In this document: one piece after another, positions 1 to 12,127 of the stretch
Layout: each line of letters begins with the position of its first letter
Position numbering within the stretch: position 1 is the first letter of the stretch
From: Eledone cirrhosa
Taxonomy: Eukaryota
DNA length: 64,000 nucleotides
Assembly: GCA_964016885.1 (NCBI GenBank)
Contig: OZ024740.1
Coordinates: forward strand, 319,796,001-319,860,000
Reading direction: 5' to 3'
Position numbers and translations under genes: made by a program
The notes under the pieces: model-generated
Seen by the model: the letters and a program-made list of their open reading frames with translations, nothing else
Databases searched by the model: none
Told to the model about the DNA's origin: nothing

Positions 1-170
1 CAGCAATTTCGGGAAAAGTCGATTAAATCGACCCCAGTGCGTGACTGGTATTTTATTTTATCGACCCGGTAAGGATGAAAGGCAAAGCTAACCTCAGCGG
101 CATTTGAACTCAGAACGTAAAGCAACCCTATACCGTGAAACTCTACCGATGCTGTCAATCTATCGTCATC
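1..170 (-). mobile_element. tRNA-derived SINE (Meta-domain-like family)
   Basis: Reverse complement contains ctttgcctttcatcc..gggtcgataaaataaaataccag and a B-box-like gagttcaaat; many copies of this family in the window. Confidence 0.75.
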
Positions 171-354
171 TCATAGTTATTAAATAAATAATTGTTTCTA
201 CTTTTGGCACAAGGCCAGCAATTATCAATGCATTACTGGTACTTTATTCTATCGACCCTGGAAGGATGAAAGGCAAAGTTAACCTCGGCGGGATAAATAA
301 TGATTACTAATATAGGCACAAAGCCAGCAATTTAGGGGAAGGGGAAAGTCGATA

Positions 355-501
355 ATTGTTTCTAGTTGGGGATCCAGCCGGATCAATTGGAGACGGTTGC
401 TTCTGATAAGACTCGCTGGACTGAGTGTTTGAGGACTCTGACCCCACGACCCTCTCGGGAATAAGTGGGCGAAAAAGAAGAAGAAGAAGAAGAAGAAGAA
501 G
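355..501 (+). mobile_element. RTE LINE 3' end with (GAA)n tail
   Basis: Similar to the RTE 3' end at 16300-16460 (gagacggttgcttc..gagtgtttgag.actctg..cccacgaccct) followed by GAA repeats. Confidence 0.65.
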
Positions 502-589
502 TTTCTACAAGGCCAGCAATTTGAAGGAAAGCAGGCTGTCCGGCACCCTACCGATGTTGCCAACCCACCGCCCTTACATACTTATTAAT

Positions 590-780
590 AATTGTTTGTA
601 CTTTTGGTTCAAGGCCAGCATTTACCCAGTGCATTACTGGTACTTTATTTTATCGACCCCGTAAGGATGAAAGGCAAAGTTAACGTCGGCGAGATTTGAA
701 CTCAGAATAGTAAGGGCCGTAACTCTATGCGTCAAAGCATGGCGTCCGACGCTCTACCGATACTGCCAATCCACCGCCCT
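590..780 (-). mobile_element. tRNA-derived SINE, near full length
   Basis: Minus strand begins ggcggtggattggcagtatcggtagagcg (A box), then gagttcaaatc (B box) and the family core. Confidence 0.8.
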
Positions 781-1015
781 TTATATATAATAACTTATTA
801 TATATAAAGAACAATGTAAAGAATAATGTTTAAGCTTCACATCAGATTAATCCTTCCAATAGTATTCACACCTGGAATATTACAGACAGTCTACATGAAA
901 AACTACTGCTGATGCTGCTGTTGGCATAAGGATTATTCTCTGACTCTATTCAGCGGGGCTTTATTAATCAATGCCTCATTTGTATATAAATACACGACAC
1001 ACATTCGACAAATCA

Positions 1016-1201
1016 ATGTGTGTATATATACATATACATGTGTGTGTGTATGTGCGTGCGTAGATGTGTGTCTGTGTGTATGTGTGTGTGGGTGGGTGGG
1101 TGTGTGTGCATGTGTGTGTGTCTATGTGTCTGTTTGTGTGTCTGTGTGTGCCTATGTGTGTCTGTGTGTGTCTATGAGTGTGTGCGTGTTTGTGTATGTG
1201 T

Positions 1202-1238
<37 letters not shown>

Positions 1239-1280
1239 TGTGTCTGTGTGTGTGTCTGTGTCTGTGTCTGTTTCTCTGTA

Positions 1281-1351
<71 letters not shown>

Positions 1352-1362
1352 CTTTGTGTGTA
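1016..1362. repeat. (TG)n-rich compound microsatellite
   Basis: Direct inspection. Confidence 0.9.
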
Positions 1363-1857
1363 CGTATGGTCGAAAGATGGGCGGCTGGAAACACTCTCCT
1401 TGTCGAAACACAAACGTACATGTTACTGCTGCCGAGGAAAGAAATCGTTTGTGTATGTATTGTTGCTGTTTTCTGCTATATCGTTACAAATATCTGCTTT
1501 GACGTGTTTTTTTTCTGTCTATAAATAAATAATAAGGTTTTTGTTTTGTTTCTTTACCATTTTAACTTTCTTACATTTTCTTTTGTTATAGAATTGACTT
1601 TATCTCTCTTTTCTTTTTGCCGTCTGCTTTCTGTAGACAATAGTTTTCAGTCAAATAAGCCTTTTTTTTTCTTAATGTAAACACAAAAATATATATTCAA
1701 AGCTTCTTAAACTTATCTAATATAGTTTCTCTCCCAACTAGGGAGAAATATCCAGATATGTTCCGGAAAGATTCTTTGTATCAGTTGGAGGCGTATCTGA
1801 GTCAGTTGTAGTAGCATTCTATTAACCGTGTCTTTCCGAATCAACCGAATATCTAAA

Positions 1858-1965
1858 TACAGGGTGTCCCAAAAATATGTATGCACAAAGGTTGTGCATT
1901 CTAATAAATATTGCCTGTACAAGTGATCAAAGTGTGTATACACTTTTTGGGGGACACACCCTGTA
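1858..1965. mobile_element. Tc1/mariner-type MITE
   Basis: TA-flanked terminal inverted repeats tacagggtgtcccaaaa ... ttttgggggacacaccctgta. Confidence 0.65.
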
Positions 1966-2278
1966 TATCCTTTCTTTTTGTTTTTAGTCTGTTCGTGCGA
2001 TTTCAGTAGGATTTGGCTACTATTTCTAGCAAATTTAGCAACTGCATATATGCTCTCTCATTGCCTGAGTATTTTAGCAATAGCGAGTGTCCAATTTTGT
2101 TGGAGTTCAGCAGCTAAAGAGGGATTAACTATTTCCTAACTCTGAATAGAAAGCATAGTCTTTGAGGTGCAGTTTTCTCAATATTACATGTGGTCATTGT
2201 TAGAGGTTATCAGACCCTATGAAGCTGAGCACTTTATAGGGACCTTGAGAACTTGAAATATATGCATTACGTGTAGGG

Positions 2279-2604
2279 TAGTGGTTCCCAACCTTTTGTA
2301 TAACATGACCCAGCTCAACATCTCAAAAATTGTTACTCCCCACTTTGAAATGAAAACAGCGATGACAACTGCAAAGTGCAAACAAGTTGACGTATAGGTG
2401 GTGCCAGATGCACAATAACATGTGGAAGAGGTCAGACAGGAGTTTCAGACAGTAATGTGTACCAAAGTTACCTTGGTGTAATAAGGTAAAACCTGAAGTT
2501 TGTTCTTATTAACATCATTTTCAAATTGCCCCCTTAAATATTCAAATTGCGTGCACCCCGTGTTAGGAACGTGTAGGGCGTGCGCCCCGTGTTAGGAATC
2601 ACTG
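2279..2604. mobile_element. hAT-like MITE relic
   Basis: Ends agtggttcccaac ... gttaggaatcactg resemble cagtggttcccaac-type TIRs. Confidence 0.5.
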
Positions 2605-3872
2605 ATGTAGAGAATGTATGATAGAAGACGCTTTTCTTGTAGCGGCTGTGCTTTGATTCTGAACCAATCTCTCCCTCGTTACCACATCCTTTTGCAACTC
2701 GGCAATGGCAATATCCTCAAGGAAGAGATAGCTTATATTAAGTTTACCAGTTCTAGGTTTGAATAGTACCAAAGACAACTCGTATGTCCTACTACTAATA
2801 GTGAGCTATAAAATAGACCCTAGGATGATATACGAATCCTATAATTGATTTTAGGATTAAATGTTGATCAAAACGGGTGCATCGCTAAGAAACTATAAAT
2901 ATAGGACCAGGACTATTTCCCCGAAACGTTTAACGTATACATATTGTAGCTTTAGTTCTACGTTCGTGTTTACACGGTATTACATAGACAACTTTTGTAA
3001 AGATTACCTACCATCATATATGATGCCTACCACTTCATTTATCATGTAGAAAAGCCACTATTTCAATCAGTGTATCTTACGGATTAAATTATGTAATGTT
3101 TGCAATAAAAAAAGGAAACATCATCAAATAATGAAAGTAAGAGGTGGGAGAGGGCTCTACAGCCAAGTCTAGACGATATATCTCAGCTGCGTTCCGCGGA
3201 AAAAATGGCGTAAGCATTGCCACAGAGACCAACCAACAATACACGCTACATTTACCTCTCTAACTCGCGAGGTCCCTTTATCCAGTGGTATGCAATCCTC
3301 CTAATTTTGAAGAGAAAAACAGCAGTTCGGGACGAGAGGAGACCAGGGGTCTTGACGGCATCCTGCACGAAATGAAACCGGTTGGGCAAGTCCCAGGATT
3401 GGATAAATCACCCAAATGCTTTTAGCACTAAACCAAATATTCGAGAAACAGTCAGGCTCCAATGGAGTGTGTCTGTGAACTGGTTTCGAGTCAGTTACAG
3501 CCACATCCTTTTACAGAAATTACCAACTACTTTTGAAAAAAAGACCCAAAACAAAACCCAGAAAATATAAAAAGAAGAAGTAATTCCAATGCTCAGCCCA
3601 TAAAACGTGTTTTTTGTGTCAGGTTAAAGAAATCATTAATTAAAATACTGTTGATGTGAACAGGTGATATTTGAGTCTGTACATTGAACTTTTTGCTTAC
3701 TAAGCTATTATAACCATAGGGGTGCAAAAATATTCACTTTCAAACACAAACATACACACACGAATGCACGCACAAATACATATATATATACACACAAATG
3801 CGCCGTCCACACGTACACACATATGCAACAGACATATACATTGAATCCGGGTCTCTCTCTCTCTCTCTCTCT

Positions 3873-3953
<81 letters not shown>

Positions 3954-4022
3954 ATGTGTGTGTGTGTATCCTTCCATACATACATACATATATATATATA
4001 CCTAAATATATACATATATACA

Positions 4023-4116
<94 letters not shown>

Positions 4117-4387
4117 GTGTGTGTATATATATATATATACACATACACAAACACACACATATTCACAAACATACGCACATACACAGACTCAATAAAAGTC
4201 GTAATCACAGCGCAGGTGTTTGAGGATCTTGATTAGATTTATGGCATTCTGTATCACGAATCACAAACTTATACACATATACATATACATACACACTCAC
4301 ACACTTATACATTAACAGACGTAGACCCACATATACGCAACATGTACATATAACACAAACACGGATGCATATATATATATGTATATA

Positions 4388-4513
4388 TAATATGGAAATG
4401 GGTTCTACGGCATTAGAACTGTTTCATTCGAAGGAAATCATCAGGAAAGCCCTTTCCTAGTGATTTCCTTCGAATGAAACAGTTCTAGTCCCGTAGAAGC
4501 CATTTCTATATTA
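4388..4513. repeat. Fold-back palindrome, probable PLE 3'-end relic with degenerate hammerhead core
   Basis: Arms of about 60 bp; minus strand reads CTGATGA-tttccttcgaat-GAAA but stem I cannot be formed. Confidence 0.6.
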
Positions 4514-4600
4514 AAAATGTACGCACTGCTGTGTATTGAGTACTTTACTTACTACTGTGGTTACCCCCGATTGAACCCGGGATACACATCAATATCCATA

Positions 4601-4671
<71 letters not shown>

Positions 4672-4829
4672 ATACTTTGGGAGGGTCATGTTGCCAATAA
4701 GAAACACACGCACCAGTTGCTTTCACTTCAATTTATTATATATTTATAAATTTATAAATTTACAAATCTACAAACTTATAAATTTCTGGTTGGTTGGTTG
4801 GTTCCACAACCAGATAGTTGTTTATAGAT

Positions 4830-4874
4830 AGTCATAGTCCTTTCGTCACACACTCTGTGACCTCTTCAGTGACT
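4830..4874 (-). ncRNA. Minimal type I hammerhead ribozyme (inverted pLTR copy)
   Basis: agtca-CTGAAGA-g-gtcac(agagtgt)gtgac-GAAA-ggac-TA-tgact. Confidence 0.8.
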
Positions 4875-5712
4875 GGGGATTCCTTTCTTTGTTTCTGTGC
4901 CTTTCCTTTCTTCTATCCTACGCCATTTTGTTTCTGTGTGTGTGCTGTGTGCTCAGTTTGCGCATGCGCCACATCCGGGTGTCTGTGTGTGTTTGTGTTC
5001 ATTTATCTATTTGTTTATTTATTTATTTATTTATTTATTGTTGGTTGGTTGTTTGTTCTATGTGTGTGTGTGTTTTCATTTTGTCCTGTGTGTGTTTTCA
5101 TTTTGTCCTTAATTGTAAGTTGTTTGTTCTATGTGTGTGTGTGTTTTCATTTTGTCCTGTGTGTGTGTGTTTTCATTTTCATTTTGTCCTTAATTGTAAG
5201 TTGTGATGTTGCTGTTCCACTCATATTTTCTATTTAATTTTGGTTGTAATTCTTTTATGCTTACTGCCTCTGTAATTTGCCTAAACATTGCATCTTTTCT
5301 GTGTGTGGATTCTATTTTTATTTCTATGTTCTCTAATCTACCCCTGTGTTCTATCTTAGCATGTTGGTAGAGCACAGATGATTCTTTATTATCTTGAAGG
5401 TCTCGCCAGTGTTCATTTATTCGTTCCCCTATACTACGAGCTGTCTCACCTATGTACACTATATTTTTGTGTCTACATTGTCCTTCAGTACATCTTATGC
5501 TATACACTACATTTCTAGTTTTACAGTTAATATGGGGGCTTATTTTACAGGTTATACATTTCTTATCTATACATGAGGGTCTTTGGAACGGGTATGTCTT
5601 GCTAATAAGTGTTTTTACGGAGGTACCTGGTCTTTCTACTATCTTAATATTGAGTTTATGTTTATTTAGGGCCCTTCTAAATTTGTAGGCTAGTTCGCCT
5701 CTAGGGGTTGTA

Positions 5713-7491
5713 TTGATGAACATACGCCCCATCATTGAGATGTCCCCAGATGTATGTGACAGCACGGAGGACCTCCTCAGCAGAATCGGCGCGGGTAACC
5801 GATCTGGGGACCTAACAAACTGCATAATAGGCAGTATAGATGTTGTGTCCCTGTATCCATCTATTGACGTGGATTTTTCTGTGGAGAAATGCGTAGAAAT
5901 GATCAGCGAGAGCAAGGTTGAGTTCCGTGGGATTGATACCAGTGAGCTGGGACTTCTACTTAAGCTTACCCATAGTAATAGTTACCTAGACACTTATGAC
6001 CTTAGCAACCTGTGCCCTACAAGACCAGCAAGAGGCAGACCACCTACCATTACCTCAATGGCCAAGAAAACCCACACAGATAGATGGAACGGGTGGACCA
6101 GAGCCATACGGACACCCGAAAACCACGATGAACTGAAGAAAATGATTGCACATGCGGTAGGGGCCAGCATAAAACTAACCCTTAAGGAACATATGTTCAA
6201 ATTTAATGGTAAAACATATGCCCAAGAGGAAGGAGCAGCCATTGGTGTTAGCATTGCAGGCGACATAGCTAACTTATTCATGGTATGGTGGGACAGTAGA
6301 CTTAAACAAAAACTTAAAGAACAATTAGAAGACAGCTTAACCCTGATAATGTACTCCCGCTACGTAGATGATATAAACATCGTAGTTAAGACACCCCCAC
6401 TAAAGAACAGTCAGGAACTAGAGAAAAACACAATGGAAAGCATCCAGCAAATAGCAAACTCCATCCACCAGAGCATTAGAGTTACTATAGACTACCCAAG
6501 TAGACACCCCAACCATCGATTACCTGTACTAGACACAGAGCTCTGGTTAGATACCATTAACAACCAAAAACAAATCCTCCATTCCCATTATGCCAAACCC
6601 ATGACTTCCAAACATCTGATCCACCGAAACTCGGCCATTTCGGACCATACCAAAATCAACATACTGATTGCGGATTTGGTACGGGTGATGAGAAATGTGT
6701 CCCGCATGTGCAACCCCGAAGAACTAGAGAGACACATACAACACTTCATCCACCGTATGCAGTTCTCTGGCTACAATCAGAGAGATAGAATCAGAGTGTA
6801 TAAAGGAGCCAGAACCAAATGGGAAAAAATGGTAAATAATGACATAAATGGGACCTGCCCCTTGTATAGGAGTAAATTTTGGAATAGAATAGAAAGAACT
6901 AGGAACAAGGCCAATAGAATAAACTCATGGTACGATAGCAATAAATACCAGAGTGTAATGTTCATCAATACAACCCCTAGAGGCGAACTAGCCTACAAAT
7001 TTAGAAGGGCCCTAAATAAACATAAACTCAATATTAAGTTAGTAGAAAGACCAGGTACCTCCGTAAAAATACTTATTAGCAAGACATACCCGTTCCAAAG
7101 ACCCTCATGTATAGATAAGAAATGTATAACCTGTAAAATAAGCCCCCATATTAACTGTAAAACTAGAAATGTAGTGTATAGCATAAGATGTACTGAAGGA
7201 CAATGTAGAAACAAAAATATAGTGTACATAGGTGAGACAGCTCGTAGTATAGGGGAACGAATAAATGAACACTGGCGAGACCTTCAAGATAATAAAGAAT
7301 CATCTGTGCTCTACCAACATGCTAAGATAGAACACAGGGGTAGATTAGAGAACATAGAAATAAAAATAGAATCCACACACAGAAAAGATGCAATGTTTAG
7401 GCAAATTACAGAGGCAGTAAGCATAAAAGAATTACAACCAAAATTAAATAGAAAATATGAGTGGAACAGCAACATCACAACTTACAATTAA
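5713..7491 (+). CDS. PLE reverse transcriptase + C-terminal GIY-YIG endonuclease (N-terminally truncated; Nematis/Neptune-like)
   Basis: Motifs GSIDVVSLYPSI, QEEGAAIG, YSRYVDD (YVDD at 6361-6372), Cys linker CIDKKCITC, VVYSIRC..VYIGET..RINEH; open for 592 codons; the called start lies in the inverted arm. Confidence 0.93.
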   Translation: MMNIRPIIEMSPDVCDSTEDLLSRIGAGNRSGDLTNCIIGSIDVVSLYPSIDVDFSVEKCVEMISESKVEFRGIDTSELGLLLKLTHSNSYLDTYDLSNLCPTRPARGRPPTITSMAKKTHTDRWNGWTRAIRTPENHDELKKMIAHAVGASIKLTLKEHMFKFNGKTYAQEEGAAIGVSIAGDIANLFMVWWDSRLKQKLKEQLEDSLTLIMYSRYVDDINIVVKTPPLKNSQELEKNTMESIQQIANSIHQSIRVTIDYPSRHPNHRLPVLDTELWLDTINNQKQILHSHYAKPMTSKHLIHRNSAISDHTKINILIADLVRVMRNVSRMCNPEELERHIQHFIHRMQFSGYNQRDRIRVYKGARTKWEKMVNNDINGTCPLYRSKFWNRIERTRNKANRINSWYDSNKYQSVMFINTTPRGELAYKFRRALNKHKLNIKLVERPGTSVKILISKTYPFQRPSCIDKKCITCKISPHINCKTRNVVYSIRCTEGQCRNKNIVYIGETARSIGERINEHWRDLQDNKESSVLYQHAKIEHRGRLENIEIKIESTHRKDAMFRQITEAVSIKELQPKLNRKYEWNSNITTYN

Positions 7492-7798
7492 GGACAAAAT
7501 GAAAACACATACAGGACAAAATGAAAACACAAACACACACATAGAACAAACAACTTACAATTAAGGACAAAATGAAAACACACACAGGACAAAATGAAAA
7601 CACACACACACATAGAACAAACAACCAACCAACAATAAATAAATAAATAAATAAATAAACAAATAGATAAATGAACACAAACACACACAGACACCCGGAT
7701 GTGGCGCATGCGCAAACTGAGCACACAGCACACACACAGAAACAAAATGGCGTAGGATAGAAGAAAGGAAAGGCACAGAAACAAAGAAAGGAATCCCC

Positions 7799-7843
7799 AG
7801 TCACTGAAGAGATCACAGAGTGTGTGACGAAAGGACTATGACT
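7799..7843 (+). ncRNA. Minimal type I hammerhead ribozyme in PLE 3' region
   Basis: agtca-CTGAAGA-gatcac(agagtgt)gtgac-GAAA-ggac-TA-tgact. Confidence 0.78.
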
Positions 7844-8063
7844 ATATATAAACAACTATCTGGTTGTGGAACCAACCAACCAACCAGAAATTTATAAGTT
7901 TGTAGATTTGTAAATTTATAAATTTATAAATATATAATAAATTGAAGTGAAAGCAACTGGTGCGTGTGTTTCTTATTGGCAACATGACCCTCCCAAAGTA
8001 TAACAATATCGGTTTCAACACACGATTTCAGATAAAGAATCTTGCTAAACAAATTCAGAAACG

Positions 8064-8114
<51 letters not shown>

Positions 8115-8271
8115 GAGAGAGAGAGAATTGGGTTCGCTTAAACACATATATCTATATATCTGTGTTCGTTTTTCTTTTATTTTCTATTATAATATACCGG
8201 TCAGAAATATCTCTTTCTTAGAGCTATTTTGTTGTAAGAGACTATTTTGAGTTTCTAACTCAATATATACA

Positions 8272-8356
<85 letters not shown>

Positions 8357-8490
8357 CAATATATTAACAAATGGAAACTATATTTATAAAACCATATTTA
8401 TTTTATTATACCTATTTCAAGAGCTCCAACCGTTAAGGTTGTCTTTTTTCAGGGTATGTCAATATTTATTTATAAAACAAATCTGTATTG

Positions 8491-8556
8491 TATTTTATCT
8501 GATGAAAGCGCGCCATAATTTGCCTTGGTGGCCCTTGAAATATGTATAATAAAATA
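8491..8556 (+). ncRNA. Type I hammerhead ribozyme in a short inverted PLE relic (8357-8600)
   Basis: tattttat-CTGATGA-aag..gcca..tggc.ctt-GAAA-tatgta-TA-ataaaata; 8-bp stem I. Confidence 0.72.
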
Positions 8557-8687
8557 AATATGGGTTTATAAATATAGTTTCCATTTGTTAATATAGTGTA
8601 TATTTACTCCACTACATTGTTGAGTGCTTTATATTAGTTATAAAAATGTTTAAGCTTGTTCAATCCCAACAAATTAAATATAACCTC

Positions 8688-8736
<49 letters not shown>

Positions 8737-8857
8737 CACACACGTATATATATATATAAATAAAACACACACACACACACACACATATATGTATATAATA
8801 CACACACACGACCTTACATATATAGACACAAACGCACACACACACGCACGCGCACAC

Positions 8858-8889
<32 letters not shown>

Positions 8890-9438
8890 TCAACAAAATT
8901 TAATATAGAAATGGCTTCTACAAGATTTCACTTAGCCGAGCCATTCAGAAAGCTTCGTGGACCGCAGGTTGCACTTGGCTGCTCTATAGACCTTACAATA
9001 ACATGGCCACAGTGAAATAGCTGAAACCAGTAAAATTATATCTGAATACAAATATAACAATCTATGTTATTTCAGTTTACAAATAAGAGCAAAAGGTACT
9101 AAATACACTAGTAGAGTGTATTTATTTGTCGCAGTGTTGAGTTTAACTTTTGTTATAACTGTGAGTATCACAAATAATGCTGTTCACTGAACTAATTTTA
9201 AAGTACAAAATACACTATTTATAACCAATGCGATGTGTGAGCGGGCATAGAACTAGAAGAAATATGTCTGAAATAGAAATAGACAAACATATATAAAGAA
9301 AAAAGGAGAAAAGGAAGTAAATAGCTGTAAAAATATATGACAATAGCATGAAATATTCATAATGATATAAAAACAAAAACAAAAGTATATATGCATGTAT
9401 ATATGCATATATACATATGTAGTTATATACATAAAGAT

Positions 9439-9475
<37 letters not shown>

Positions 9476-9628
9476 GATATATATATATATATATATACAT
9501 ATAGACATATACATCATTATGCTTATTCATATGTGTATATATGTGTTGTGTTTGTGCATGTATATATCGATATGCTTGTGTATACACATTCATATTATGC
9601 TTATGCATATGTATATACGTATTTGTGC

Positions 9629-9702
<74 letters not shown>

Positions 9703-10139
9703 TTGCATGTATATATCTATAGATAGGTATGTGTGTGCATGCACATTCACATTATGCTAATGCATACGTGTATATATGTATTTGTGCACATATATATAGA
9801 TATGCTTGCATGAATATGTCTAACTATAGATATGTATGTGTGCGCATACACATATATATATATATAAACGCAGAAATACACATACACACATATGCATAAG
9901 AATAATAAACATACATACACACATGCATACTGATATGTACATGCACACATACTCACACAGACATATACATAAATACACATATGCCATCAATTTTCATTTG
10001 TAATCATATATCTATTTACCTGTCTGTTTCCATTTGTATATGTATATAGAAATAAATCTCTGTCTACTCCGTCTCTTATATACGTATCGCTATATATCTG
10101 TAAATCTATATCTGCCTGTCTACTTGTTATGCATGTGAA

Positions 10140-11712
10140 TACATACATACATACACACATACATACATACATACATACATACATACATACATACATACAT
10201 ACATACATACATACATACATACATACATACATACATACATGGCGGCTGCCAACTCGTTTTCGAGTACGGCCACTACTTTATATCCATGTAGGAGAACTCC
10301 TACCGATGCGCTGAACGAGTGTGACTTTTTAGTCCAGCCAGCGACTTGAAAACTCTGGTACAAACACTACACTTGTGACAATTATTGACACATAGTGCTG
10401 GGCCCATGGTACCATGTGACGACAAGTGCAGAGAGATCTCCAGATACAAAGCAATGCCTGTGCCGTGAAGCTTTTATAGTGAGCAAAGACACTGCACAAA
10501 GCCAGTCCCACTCTCTTAACCAAGGTGATATTTACCAAAAAGAAGAACAAGTCAACATCATTGGATACCATCAGGGTTGCAGGTGTTATATCAGAGTTTT
10601 CCTTCTCCTAGAATTCTGCCTTGACAAAGGCTAAGGGGTCATCTCTCCCGTACATACATACATACATACATACATACATACATACATACATACATACATG
10701 GTGGCTGCCAACTCGTTTTCGAGTACGGCCACTACTTTATATCCATGTAGGAGAACCCCTACCGATGCGCTGAACGAATGTGACTTTTTAGTCCAGCCAG
10801 CGACTTGAAAACTCTGGTACAAAGACTACACTTGTGACCATTATTGACACATAGTGCAGGGCCCATGGTACCATGTGATGACAAGTGCAGAGAGATCTCC
10901 AGATATAAAGCAATGCCTGTGCTGTGAAGCTTTTATAGTGAGCAAAGGCACTGCACAAAGCCAGTCCCACTCTCTTAACCAAGATGATATTTACCAAAAA
11001 GAAGAACAAGTCAACATCATTGGATACCATCAGGGTTGCAGGTGTTATATCAGAGTTTTCCTTCTCCTAGAATTCTGCCTTGACAAAGGCTAAGGGGTCA
11101 TCTCTCCCGGTGATTTTGGATGGCCATTGACTCTTACGAGCTCCTTTGCCCTTTGACAGGTTTTGTTTTTAGTCCTGCAGGATGTCCAAAGTCACCCTCC
11201 TCACCAAGAAACCTTGGTGGGGTTGCCAGTTTAGTCGCCAACGACCCGACCATGAGACAGGTTGTACTGGGATACATGTTACCAGTAGCACCAACTGGTG
11301 ACCTGACATAAATACATACATACATACATACATACATACATACATACATACATACATACATACATACATACATACATACATACATACATACATACATACA
11401 TACATACATGATGGCTGCAACTCGATTTCGAGTAATGCCATCGCTTGATACTTAAGTATGAGCATCACAGATGTGGCTTTTTAGTCCTGCTGGGAACTTG
11501 CCTATGGTTAGCGATGTCATGCATCGCGAAAAATATCACATATCAAGCGATGCCTGTGCTTGAAGCTTTTTTAAGTGAGGCTTTGCACGAAACCATTCCC
11601 ACTCTCTGAACATCGAAATCATTTACCCAAAAAGTAAAACTGGTTCATTGGATGCAAACGAAGTCGCAGGTTTTACATCAGAGTGACATACTCCTAGAGA
11701 GATGTCTTAATG
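10140..11712 (-). mobile_element. Three tandem RTE-related short non-autonomous retroposons with (ATGT)n tails
   Basis: 10240-10650 is nearly identical to 10698-11109; full unit about 10698-11306; diverged third copy 11408-11712; contains the RTE-like ctaggagaaggaaaactctga; each unit ends in (TACA)n. Confidence 0.65.
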
Positions 11713-11739
11713 AAATATAATACGATATAATATAACATA

Positions 11740-11925
11740 ATTGTTTCTACTTTAGGTACAAGGCCAGCAATTACCCACTATATTACTGGTACTCTATTTT
11801 ATCGACCCCGTAAGGATGAAAGGCAAAGTTAACCTTGACGGGATTTGAACTCAGACCGTAAAGGGACGTAACTATGCTAGAAAGCATGGCGTCCAACTCT
11901 CTACCGATACTGCCAATTCACCGCA
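11740..11925 (-). mobile_element. tRNA-derived SINE next to an (AATAT)n microsatellite (11925-12128)
   Basis: Same SINE core and A/B boxes. Confidence 0.75.
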
Positions 11926-12127
11926 TATAATATAATATAATATAATATAATAAAATATAATATAATATAATATAATATAATATAATATAATATAATATAA
12001 TATAATATAATATAATATAATATAATATAATATAATATAATATAATATAATATAATATAATATAATATAATATAATATAATATAATATAATATAATATAA
12101 TATAATATAATATAATATAATATAATA

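Larger units (their letters stand above)
4664..8009 (+). mobile_element. Penelope-like retroelement, 5'-truncated, with about 1.05 kb inverted 3' copy (4664-5723 vs 6958-8009)
   Basis: RT + GIY-YIG ORF, near-identical inverted arms, hammerhead in each arm, (TA)n flanks. Confidence 0.95.

Noticed and set aside
976-1528. ORFs rich in HT/CV/YI repeats here and throughout the window
   Set aside because: Translations of dinucleotide microsatellites
5190-5915. 241-aa minus-strand GIY-YIG ORF as a separate gene
   Set aside because: It is the inverted duplicate of the PLE 3' end fused to antisense RT sequence
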